Of a DNA stretch of 64,000 nt, positions 1-11,800 are shown one piece after another. The notes below the pieces were generated by a model. The model worked only from the letters and a program-made list of their open reading frames with translations, searched no databases and was not told the DNA's origin. The position numbers and the translations under genes are program-made. The stretch spans positions 22,880-86,879 of the forward strand of contig MU619375.1 in NCBI GenBank assembly GCA_025201805.1. Direction: 5' to 3'. The DNA is from Parasitella parasitica NRRL 2501. Its lineage: Eukaryota; Fungi; Mucoromycota. Position 1 is the first letter of the stretch. Each line of letters opens with the position of its first letter.

Positions 1-142
1 CACTGGACAACTACATTCAGGTATGTTTACAATACATAATGCAATGCATAATGCGTGAGAAAGTTATTAATCTCGTATATATGTATATTTATAATATGTA
101 TAGGTCAAGACTGTTAAGATCAATGTTAGCCGCAAGCCCTAA
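1..142 (+). CDS. 3' end of an aldehyde dehydrogenase (partial; exons 1-20 and 104-142)
   Basis: Splicing a GT-AG intron at 21-103 gives ...ALDNYIQ|VKTVKINVSRKP*, matching the typical ALDH C-terminus (ALxNYxQVKxVxI). Not in the ORF track. Confidence 0.75.
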
Positions 143-2517
143 ATCCTTAAACATAACATATATTCCCTCATCGCTTCTGCCCAATATTTATGCAACCCAA
201 ACAAGATTGAAGCAGGAAATCTCACACACACACACACTCACACACAAAAATCCTTCTCACACACTTTTTTTTTTTCTTTCCACATTCATGTATAGTTAGG
301 AATTCAAATAATAAAATAATATTATTATTGTACAAACGTTAAGCATTGCTCATCGATTGAGCTTGGTATAGGATGGATCTGCGCAGCCGCTCTAGGGTTT
401 CAGTCAGGCACGCGAATATAGTGTAACAAACACTATCCAAACTTGGGAAGATCTGGGTTCTTCATTGTGCGACTCCAAATATGCGCTATCCATTTTAGTC
501 CTAATGGACTTCTTGTTTTGACCATCATAGCATTAGCAATCAAGACTGTTTCTGTGACATTTGAACAAAAAGAAATTTTTTTTTTCCATGGATTCAACAA
601 CTATAAAAGGGAGGCAAAAGTTGGCAATTGCTATTTTTCTTTAGTGACCGTACTCTACAGGATCTGTATGCAGTATGTTTCAATTCTACGTTTTCTAAAC
701 TAGATACAATCCCAAAGCTAGTCGATGATTGTTAGTAGACCTTCTTTTGAGTGAAGTGTGGCAATCACTGCTCTCTGAGCAGTTTTTGTCAGTTGATGAT
801 CTCGCCTGTCTTTATTCCAAGGACACGGCAAGGAAGGAGCTACAAGTCTGATAGCTTATTACATTTTTTTAACCAAAATATAAACGAAAAAACAGGCTGT
901 TTCAATAGAAATGATTGCAAAATCTACACGGAACAAGAAACTTTCCTTGCCAATCTTTCTCATTTATTTGGAGATACATTTAATGCGATAGTAAATAGAT
1001 TTGAATAGTCCAGGCACACAAATTTGCCTCTTTTTTTTTTGTCTTTTAGAGTTGCTTGTAATTATACCTATAAGATTATTTTTTAATTATTCATTTTATT
1101 GGCGCCTTTTCTTCATGGTCAAACATGGTTTCGTAAAGATGTATTGCTCTATGCTCACCAAAGCCTTGCCGTAAGGTTTTGTAAGGCCTGGAACTTATCT
1201 TTTACCATGAACGTTCTTTGTAGGCTTGATTCCTACCCTTAGCCAAATGAAGAAAGAGCTGTACTTTTATAAGCGAGGTATCTATCGAGAACGTTTCTCC
1301 TTGATATCATTTTTGTTCAAGTTTGTAGATAACTAGTTTGACCTGTACAAACTACCGGTACTGATAATTTAATTATTGAAATTTGGGTAAAGGACAGAGT
1401 TGAAGCACTATTAACCTGCATGGTATACTTGATTTGAATGTCGCGCAGATTCTATGCTACAAAATTAACAATATCTCCTCCGAAATACAGTCTTTTTTAT
1501 TCAAATAAAATTAGATGGTATACTTCTAGTTCGGCTTCGTAACCGGGAACTATCAAAACTGTTTTGTAAGAACTTTATCCTAGAGTAAAATATGTTCACA
1601 TAGTCCAACCACTGTAAAAATTTGTTTTTTAATCGCTCATATCTCGCGAATCAAGCGTCTTTTCAGCTTCAAAATGGGTGCGAATGTCTTCTACCACGTC
1701 AAGTTAGCATAGGGGACACTTTACAGCGATTTTAAGGATAAAAAGTAAACAACAATTTTTTGGCCATTTTGCCCTTGCTACCATAAGGGAAAAACTCGCG
1801 ATTTCCTAAAACTCGAAATATGGCCCTAAAAACGAGGCTTTTTACTATAGTGTTTCTAAGCTCAAAATAACTCTAGAGAGTGCATTCGTACCATACAAGT
1901 GTTACATACGACGTTGACTATACAAAATTTGGACTTTCCCCTCAAAAACGACTCTCACGTTTTCGAGCATTTTCTCTTCACACAGTGCTTTTAGCGTTCC
2001 AATTGCAAAGCCATTCGATTCTGCGTTGAAAAAGACATAGACGAGCTTAGAGTCGTAGGTAGCATACGGATAATAAAATTTGTGGCAATCCCCACCGAAG
2101 ACATTTGGGATGTCGAAATGGAACGGAAGTCTTCCCATCTGAACATAACAATTTCAATGCCCGCAATATCCTTTCTGACACAAGATGGTGCTTTGTCTTT
2201 AAACGATTTCTATACGAAATATGGTATTTTGAAAGATGTATGAACCTACCTATGAATAAATTTAAGATACCAAATACTGATTATTATTATTTTTTTAAAA
2301 AAAAAAAGGTTTGCTACATTTCGCTCAGTACGAGAGATTCAATCATGAACGTCTGCCATCGCCCCTTGATAAACGATAGATTAATTCAATAAATTTTTTC
2401 TCCTAAGCCACGTAGTCCTTTAAACCAATCAATAGTATCAACAATAAAACTTTTTGGAAAGATTAAGAAGCAAGAAGCCACTTCCAATTGTTTGATTCCT
2501 CCTCTTTCTTATTCGCT

Positions 2518-3246
2518 ATGCAACTTTTCGTTAAGTCTCTTGCCGGTAACACCCTCGCTTTCGAGGTTGCCCCCTCAACCTCTGTTGAGAATGTTAAGGC
2601 TATGATTGCCGCCCGTGAAGGTACCTAGAATCTCTCAAATGTTTGATTTTTATAAAAAAAAAAAAAAAGAAAAGGATGAACATTTCGGATGGATCCACAA
2701 AAAAATGAACAAAACACGACGAAATCATTGAATCGAGATGTTTATCCTATATTTTTTATTTATTTTATACGTATTAAAAAAAAAGCCGTTCATTTATACT
2801 CAATCATTACTATCATTAGGTATTGATGCTGATTTCCAATGTCTCTCTTTCGCCGGAAAGTCTCTCCAAAACGCTGGAGCTCTTGACCTTTACGGTGTCC
2901 AAGACAACTCTACTCTTCACCTCAACGCTGAACTCCTCGGTGGTGGTAAGAAGAGAAAGAAGAAGACCTACACTACTCCCAAGAAGATCAAGCACAAGCG
3001 TACCAAGGTCAAATTGGCTATTCTCAAGATGTACAAAGTTGATGAGTCTGGCAAGATCACCCGTCTCCGTCGTGAGTGCCCTAACGCCACCTGTGGTGCT
3101 GGTGTCTTCATGGCTAAGCACAAGGATAGACAATACTGTGGCAAGTGTCACTTGACCTATGTCTTCCAAAAGGTAAGAATTGACAGTTGACATTGAGACG
3201 CTTGACCTCATTTTTTTTTATCAATGAATAGGACCAAGAGGCTTAA
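2518..3246 (+). CDS. RPS31: Ubiquitin-like domain fused to 40S ribosomal protein eS31 (S27a); exons 2518-2620, 2820-3172, 3232-3246
   Basis: A 76-aa UBL ending in GG is followed by [18 protein letters not shown]...[31 protein letters not shown] (eS31 zinc ribbon). Both introns are GT-AG. Confidence 0.95.
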
Positions 3247-3351
3247 GTTTTGTAAAATGTTGACAGCCTTTCACACATCTGATGAATAGCCTTCATTTTC
3301 TTTAATAAAATTTGAATTTTGCTGCATTTTGCTCTGCTGCTATTTGTAATG

Positions 3352-3356
<5 letters not shown>

Positions 3357-3446
<90 letters not shown>
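3357..3446. repeat. Poly(T) tract of about 90 nt
   Basis: Seen directly; the length may be inflated by assembly. Confidence 0.9.
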
Positions 3447-3449
<3 letters not shown>

Positions 3450-3909
3450 GAATGTGTAAACTAGTTGTTGTGCCCCTGATTTGATGCATTTTCAGCGTCC
3501 CCAAGCTGTTAAAATCAGTCAGTGATAAGTATCATTTCGATTATACTTTTGTAGATCAGTGCTAATCAAGCGCACAATGTTGCGGGATCAGCAAAATAGT
3601 ACCATACTATCCAAGATTATGCTCGACTTGACAATAAATCAACAAACTCCAAACCAAATGAAAGCTTATCTGAGTGGGTCAAACCCCATCTTGAAGCCTA
3701 TCAACGGCATACATCTGGATCAAGCATTGTCTTGATTTACATCCTATAATAATGGCAAATCAAGGTCAATCAAGTCACAATCGAGAGTTCCAGAAGGCTC
3801 CTTCGAATGTGTCGCTTCATATAAATGACTAAATTCGTGTTTGCCTTTTTTCCTGGTTTTTTTTTTTTTTTTTTTTTTTTTTTCTTCCAGAATACAATTA
3901 AATTAAAAC

Positions 3910-5187
3910 ATGTCTGACGATAACAAAAAATTAGCTTTGGCTGAGAAGGAGCTTGGCAACGAAGCTTACAAGAAGCGCGAATTCGATGTCGCACTTGGCC
4001 ATTATGACAAGGCTTACGAATTGGATGATACCAACATCACTTTTTTGACCAACAAGGCCGGTAAGTTAGTCAGTTAATTTATGCTTGATTTCGACCGGGA
4101 CAACTAAACATGTTGCTATCTAAAAGCTGTTCTTTTCGAGCAAGAGAAATTTGATGAATGTATCAAGGTCTGTGAGGGTGCTATTGAACGCGGCCGTGAA
4201 TTAAGATGTGATTACAAGTTGATTGCAAGGTATGTATTAGAAAATAATGGAAATCAGCAAAAAATACATGAGAAACCGACATTTACACTAGAGCGCTTCA
4301 ACGAATTGGTAATGCCTATTTCAAATTGGACGACTTGGATAAAGCCATCACTTATTACGGCAAATCCTTGACTGAACATCGTACTCCTGAAACACTTCAA
4401 AAGTTTCGCGACACTGAAAAACTTAAGAAGGAGCAAGAGAAGAAGGCTTATGAAAACCCTGAGCTTGCCGATAAGGCCCGTGATGAAGGCAATGCCTTTT
4501 ACAAGGCTGCCAAATGGTAAGTGTTCTTTTTTTTTTTTCGGTTTTGATTCGAAAAGTTTTTTAATGCAAAATGGGGGGGTTTTTTTTTTCCAAGGCCTGA
4601 AGCTGTTGAACGATATACCGAAGCCATCAAGCGTAATGACAAAGATGTCAGACCTTATTCTAATCGTGCTGCTTGTTATTTGAAGCTGATGGCTATCCAC
4701 GAAGCCGATAAGGACGCTGACAAATGTATCGAACTTGATCCCACTTTTGGTAAGTACTTGCGAGAAGTTGACGGGGAATTAACTAAATATCGTTTGCAAA
4801 CAACGTGTAGCTCGTGGTTATATTCGTAAAGCAGCTGTTCAACTCGCCAAGAAGGACTTTGACGAAGCCAATACTAATCTCGGCTTGGCCAAGGAGCATG
4901 ACAAGGATAACAAGTGTGCTCGTGAAATCCAAGATCTGTTGAATAAGGTATACGCTGCCATGTACCCTATGCAAGGCTCTGGCGATGCCAATGAATCACA
5001 AGAAGAAATTCTTAAGAGAGCTGCTCAAAATCCTGAAGTCCAGCGCATTATGAGCGACCCTGTCATGCAACAAATTCTCCAACAAATGCAGGAAAATCCT
5101 AAGGCTGCCCAAGAGCATCTCAAGAACCCTCAAATTGCTGCCAACATTCGTAAATTGATGAACGCCGGTATCATTCGTATGGGTTAA
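3910..5187 (+). CDS. STI1: Sti1/Hop co-chaperone, short form (TPR2A-TPR2B-DP2), 5 exons
   Basis: Starts [25 protein letters not shown] (TPR2A), continues [10 protein letters not shown] and [12 protein letters not shown] (TPR2B), ends with DP2 ([52 protein letters not shown]). Confidence 0.92.
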
Positions 5188-5598
5188 ACTTGATTTATAT
5201 TTTTGACAAATCCCCTCTCTTATAAAATCTAGCATTTCCCTCTTGTCTCTCTTTTTTTTCTAATAAAAACCAAGTATTCAATCTGATTGTTTGGCAATGT
5301 GTTCCTAATTTATTTTTTTTATTTTTTTGTATTTACAAGATGTTGGAGTAGAATGTGAAGGGATAGAAGGTATTTACTATTTTTTCTTCGTTTTTCTGAA
5401 GACTCTAGAGTATCCTTTGATAAGGAACCACTTTGGCGAGTCTTTGAGCAAATTTAGATCTTCAATAAAATTACGAGCTTTAGCGAGTTTTTAGTGATCC
5501 AAAAGCGTATTCGAGCCATTGCAAAGACGAATTTGGGTGAAGCGAATTCCAGTGGGAAACCAGAGCGGCTTGGGTTATATACAATAACTGCAGATTTG

Positions 5599-6498
5599 TT
5601 ATTTATGATTGTCCTTTTTCCAAGAAGCCAAATTGCGGAACAGCTTTGACCTGCCGCTATTCGGCAATGGCAATTTATTTGCATCTGTTTCAAATGATTG
5701 ATCATCATCTGTTGTTGTTGTTGTTGTTGTTTCTGTAGTAATAATTGTGGGTGCATTTTTCCTACTGGAGAATTTTCGTGTGAGGGCAAATATTGTGTCC
5801 CGTTTTCGTTTTTTTATAACGACGCCTCCTTCATCCTCTGAGGAAAATGAAGAGTCAAAGCCTTGTTTCAAGTGGCCTGTGCTGTTGCTTCTCTGGAAAG
5901 TCAATCGAAGTAGGTCCATGGCACGGTCTCGTTTGCTTATTGAAAGCGATTGCATTTGAATAGACAATTCATCGCTGCTTGTCTCTTCTTCCGGATGCAA
6001 TAAACCAGCTCTACGTCCGGTGCGAATATGGCCTGTACTGTTGCTACGTTTGACTGTTGTACTATGAGACTTGATCAGTTGGTGAATGTGGAGTGGCTTT
6101 TTGCTAGAAGATGAAGGAAATGTACGAAGGGCTTGTAACAAGGGCACCTTTTGCTGCAATAGTGCGTCCTTGGCATTATCGTTATCAACAGGTACTAATG
6201 CTTTGGGCTTTGCAATCGTAGGTTTCGGTTTCGTAGTTGGAATGACGATGATCTTTGGCTTGAGCGTTAATGATTTTCTCTTGGCATGTCTTTTGTGGTG
6301 GGAATGCTTGATTTTCTTTTTGCGAGTTCTATCTGTGGCTAAATCAGATTTTTTATCGAGTGTAATTTGACGGTAAGCAATGTAAAGGATTGAGTAAACC
6401 CAATACAGATGAGAATGTAGCAGCACGCAAAACGACAACCCAAAACCTCTAGTTTTGCAGTCCTTTAGTTTATCAATTTGATTTGAATTGCTGGGCAT
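5599..6498 (-). CDS. Hypothetical basic, low-complexity protein (boundaries and splicing uncertain)
   Basis: 299-aa ORF, K/R/S/T-rich, contains RSNSTGH twice; no recognisable domain. Confidence 0.55.
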   Translation of the reverse strand: MPSNSNQIDKLKDCKTRGFGLSFCVLLHSHLYWVYSILYIAYRQITLDKKSDLATDRTRKKKIKHSHHKRHAKRKSLTLKPKIIVIPTTKPKPTIAKPKALVPVDNDNAKDALLQQKVPLLQALRTFPSSSSKKPLHIHQLIKSHSTTVKRSNSTGHIRTGRRAGLLHPEEETSSDELSIQMQSLSISKRDRAMDLLRLTFQRSNSTGHLKQGFDSSFSSEDEGGVVIKKRKRDTIFALTRKFSSRKNAPTIITTETTTTTTTDDDQSFETDANKLPLPNSGRSKLFRNLASWKKDNHK

Positions 6499-8850
6499 AT
6501 TTTGGTGGAAATGAAAGATAAAAAAGAAAATAAAGGGGAAATGGTGATTTTAAATAAATTTAGTATTAATCCTGGTACAAACAACCAAAATAGTTTATAA
6601 AACTTTGCATCCACTTCTTAAAATGGCAAATTCCTTAATTGTTGGCGATCTTATATGAATTTTTTGCTGTCAAAAATATACGGCCACGCCAGATGTGGGA
6701 CAATAATATATTGAATTTAAGGAACAGGGCCTTGCTCTGTCGTATTTCTTCAGTGATATACCTTGCAAAGTGGTGATCTTTTGGCGAATATACTATTTGT
6801 GTATTTAGCAGTAGAGATGGTTGAGAATTAAAGCACAGGTAAATAGGGTTGCCCACAGCAATCAATATGCATACATCATATGTTTGTAGCGACCGGTCCA
6901 CCGAACATAATGAATATTTGTTACATGCACTGCTCTAGCAAAAGCAAAAGAATTGCTTCATATCTATTCTATATAGTATTATACATGGGCCTAGGTTTCC
7001 TATATACATTATATTAAATATGTACGCGTATTTGTTTATTAAAACTAATAAACTCTGATGCACACTATACATTAGTTTTCAGAACGAACGTAAATATCAC
7101 ACATCTGGATACGTTTACTGTAGACAGGTGCTTAGGAAGTCGAATGTCATTCCTTTAGATTAGTCATGTAAAAATTACTAAATTGTTGAGTAGGAGCAAA
7201 AAGCTCTTGATTCGAGGCAATGCCAGATAATCCCCCTAAACACTCCTTTAAGCGAATTAATATACAGTAATACTATTGTTTATAATTGAAAATCACGCTC
7301 AAGCTACATACATATTGAAGGCATCAAAATTCGGGAATGTTGTAAATTCATTTTCTCGCTTTTTCCATTGACTTTGTTGTTTTTGAAAGCTATTTCTGTT
7401 ATGCTTTAAGATTACTTTCCGAACCCTACACAGCAGTTCTAATGATAGCAAAACTTTAAACAGCATGGCTTTATTTTTTGGTGCTGATAAAAGCGTGATG
7501 TTATTTTGTTTGGACTACATGTACCTATGATTTGAAAGCTTGTCCTTAAATCAGGTTATCTGTGACTAGGGCAAACGATGGTCTAGATATCGATTGTGTA
7601 TGCGTTACATCGCTGGTTGTAAAGGAAAGAAACCGTCCATGATAACGCTACTCAAACAACAGGTAGACTCGTCTAGTCGAAGTCTACACAGATCCCACGA
7701 AAAGAAAACAGACCAAAGTTCAAGCACACCATTTTTGCCCAGCAAATCTTCATAGCGCACTAATCTACTGACCTTCTCTGAACCTGGTAGTATACACATT
7801 TCTTTGCCTTTACATTAATATTACTTTCAAGAATGATCACGCCATCAAAGTGATTGTTGAATAATTGCTCGAATTTTGAGGATATAATATTATGATTTCG
7901 ACCAGACCGGAGTACGTATATTTAACGTTATTAATGCCATAAACATGTACGGCAACTTTTCTTCATGCAAAAAAAAACAGAAAATTATATTAGTGGATTG
8001 GAGACATCAAGCTTCAATCGAGCTATTAAGTGGTGTCCTAGAAATTTAATGGCAAGGGCACCCGGATACATTATTTTTTGTGTCATCCGTTAACATACCA
8101 ATTCTCTGACTCAAATCTTCATGTTCGCTGATGTTACAAAACAGAGCACTTTGGATGAGCAAGCCGCCAAGAGTATCACCAATGATATTGCAAATTAAAG
8201 AGAAACCAAAAGGAAAAAAGGCCTACTATATATAGATTAATTTTGAAACCAAAACTTACATTAATGCTTCTTTCGGCAAAAACACATGTAAAAGATTTTA
8301 AGCCGGGGTGATAATAATTGCAAAGCAATAAACGTACGATGTCTTTATAGTTGTATTGCTTGCCGATGTATGGCAGCCGAAGCAATTATAAAATTCACTC
8401 AATGTTTAAGATCCATTGTGGGTTATGCCAGGCCAGTGTGATGGCTCGGTGCTCCAAACACCCAAGTGCACTAATTGTACCTTCATTCATAGAGGGTTTT
8501 CGAACAAAACAAAACAAAAAAAAAAAAACAAAAAAAAGAGAATGATCAATGTTACCAGAGTCTAATGTCGTCTTATATTAACCATGTTGAAAAGTATGAT
8601 AATGTGCACTTTAGAGAAAAGAGCAGGAAGTTTACAGAGCAGACTCAGAATAATACAAGTTACACATGCAATAAAATGCCTAAACATTTGGGTTTTGCAC
8701 ATTACCAATCAAATGAGATGAGCATGCTGGAAATGTGACTCTTCCAGCCTTGCTATTTCTTCATTCACCAAACCATCAGACACACACAACGCCCCCTTTT
8801 CATCCTGTTGCTTTATTTCGAAAGAGATATCTTGAAAATAAAAACAGTAA

Positions 8851-11800
8851 ATGTCGAGCACAAGAAGAGTTTGCTGGACTCAACATGATTCTGATGTTGA
8901 ACAGCAACAACAACAGCAGCAGGAGCAACGGGAGCAACGGGAGCAACAGGAGCAGCAGCATGCAGTAAACGCTCTTTATCCAAACAATACCTCTACTCCA
9001 TGGCCATTCATTACCACCAACTTTACTGCTCCCATGTCACAAAACCCTTACCAAGATGATGATGATTACAGCGACGAAGACGATCAGAGCAACAGCGACG
9101 AAGACGACGAAACAGCATTCAACCAGCTGTATGCTCGTAATCAAGCATTTACAAACGTAGCTCCAGAGATCACCCACGAAAGATTGGAATGGCAGCAGAT
9201 GCTGCAGTCTGTCTTGCTGGGAGAAGTGATCAAATCTGAAAAAAAGCGGTTATCCAGCTCTGATAAATTCTCACAAGAGAAGCCCAACCAAGAAATCTGG
9301 CTCTCTCTGCGCGCTTTGCTTCGTGGAAGAACCATGCTACAGGAACAAAAATCACTCGACGAAAGCCGTAAAGAAATTGAGGGTGTTCTTCGAATGGTTA
9401 TGGATTTCAAGATTGAGAAAGACGAGGGGGATACAGCGCTTCGAAAGGTTGCTGAAGTGTTGAAGAACATTGACCGCATTGAATCACTCTATACAACTCG
9501 TGCTGAATTGATCCTGGCCTATCCAGAGTATGGATCGATTGAATTTCAAACAAGATTGGATGCCTTGAATTCATGGTGCACTGTTACCCGCAGTCTGACT
9601 ATGCAATATCAAATCTTGAGAAACTGGACTGGCTCAGAAGATTTACAAATTTCTCGAAAAAAATCGGATGAAAGCACGGAAGCCGCCATCACAGCTGACA
9701 CAACAACAATAAACAATGCTGCTAAAAACAACAAAGAAGATCCCCGGAATGATACCTCATTTGTGGAACGACTTTTGAAAGAATCAGCACTGCAAGATAC
9801 CTTTGACAAACGGACCCTCTCCGCTCTCAATTCTCTTTTGATGAAATCCAAAGAAACCCTGATCTACAACTCTGCCCAATTCAAGGAGATGAATTTGCCA
9901 TCTTTTATTTCACAATTGCGTCGATTAGCCTATTTTCCCATTTCACTGGTTGAAGAAGCATTGAAGCTTAGATTGGACAACAAAAGTCGAATGCAAGAGC
10001 CGCCAAAACAAATGGTCGATACCATGATGGAAGATTACCGTGGCCTGCTTTCGCTAGCTTGCAGAGTCAAAAGAGAATATCAAGAGTTAACCCACACAGC
10101 TCCAGGCTGGAAATTAGACGAAGACGAGCCTGTTGATCAAAACTACGATAATGTGTTGATGGAATCCGTCCGCTTTTACTTTAAATTGATCAGTTGGAAG
10201 TTGAATCTCGAGAAGGAAAACAATTTGCGGGAGAAGGAAGTAATGGAAAAAGAGTGGGCTTTTTTGCAGGAAACTGTGTGTCAAGCTGTGGATAAAGCCG
10301 ATTGGGAATGTGCAGAGCAGTTTTGGTAAAAAAAATCAAGTATTACATGACTCTAACCACAACTAACTCGCGAGTGTAATAGTTCCCTGACAAATCGCTT
10401 ATTAGCTGATGTGATGCACGATTATATATCCAAGCTCAAAATATCTCCAGAATCAGTAGATGGTGGCATTGAAGTCAAATACACAAAGCTATTACATACG
10501 ATGCGCATGAGAGCGAGAAAGTTACTTCAGTTTGCAAGGTAAATTGGCCCTCCCCTCCCCCCTCCCCCCTCCCCCGATCTTGCAAAAAGTTGAGATGTAG
10601 CTAAACTAGTTTAACAGGTTTTTCATGAGCCAATTTGAAAATGCCGCAGAGTATGTCGTAGACACAGATAACATGGACAAGTTTATCACATGCCTCATCG
10701 AGTCAGGCCATTTTTTGGTTTACACGGGAGCATTTGAGGAGGACAGAATATACATCATTGCATCACCTTCGCTTTACGGCAGAGAAGACGTTATCCAAAC
10801 ATTAATACGAGCATGCTTTGCTAACAATAAGCCGATTCAACCATCTACTCCTCTTACACCCAGTGATCTGAATATCGACAACAGCGAATACGACGATTAC
10901 ATTCTGATTTTCTCGCCATGGCAAAACATCATGTGGACAGGTGAGGTCGTTGAGGTGCCTACGCCATTTATTCATTTGGGGATCAAGACGAGAAGAGTCA
11001 GGCTGACAACGGGAGATGCACTCAAGCTTGCTTCCGCGAAAGCTGCGTTCTGGACAGCCGTACAGCACTCTGGCATTGAAATAATCCAAGAGCACCGTGC
11101 TCATATTCCCAGAATCAATAAAGAGTTGTACAAGATCAAGATGACAGTTTTCAAATTGGCCGACTCAACCATCTCCAGTGTAAGCACCATTCGTGACCAG
11201 ACCATCGGCTTAGGCTGCCAGGAACTTGTGGAAGAGTGTTTTAGTTTTGCTAGTGATTTCGGTATTCGTGCTTCCAAGTTTTTAGAACTGGCTGTTCGAC
11301 TTCAACTTGACCTCAAACTGGTTCGACTCGCCATTGATTGGATTTGCTTTATCACAGACGACTGTATACCCTCTGATAGAAAGACGTTTCGCTGGGCTGT
11401 TGCTGCTTTGGAGTTTGTGCATTTAATGACTCGAGGTGTCAATATTTTGGCGTTGAATGAAAGTGAATTTGCTACACTACAAAGCAAAGTAGCTCGTTGC
11501 GTTGCTCTGCTAATATCCCACTTTGATGTGCTGGGTACAAGATACACTTACGAGTTGCAGCTTAAGGAAGATCAGCAACGTCGTCGTGGCCTAACTGCGA
11601 AACGCAATTCGTACATGACTTCCAAGAGTGCGGACAAGGACATTATCACAACTAGCTCAACATTTGGCGCTGCTAATGATGCAGCCAGCGCAGGCGGTGG
11701 AGGTGGTGCTATATATATTCGCGACGCATGGATGCGTAAAATCTCTGAAATTGAGTCGAAACGTACCGAAGATGAGCAAGAGCGCAAGATTATTGGTAAA

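Noticed and set aside
1560-2160. CpG-richer tract resembling a non-autonomous DNA transposon
   Set aside because: No terminal inverted repeats, TSD or second copy could be found by eye.
2167-2175. ATATCCTTT here, and GTATCCTTT near 5410, resembling U12 5' splice sites
   Set aside because: Both lie outside plus-strand gene models; the introns I checked are ordinary GT-AG.
2816-3211. 131-aa antisense ORF over RPS31 and similar shadow ORFs over HXK, DDB1 and DUS2
   Set aside because: Antisense open frames expected from codon bias of the real genes.
3357-3446. 90-nt poly(T) as a retrocopy tail
   Set aside because: No adjacent processed gene or TSD; homopolymers are common and often mis-sized in this assembly.
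6600-8700. Short ORFs upstream of SSK2
   Set aside because: No motifs or consistent exon chain; treated as intergenic or decayed DNA.
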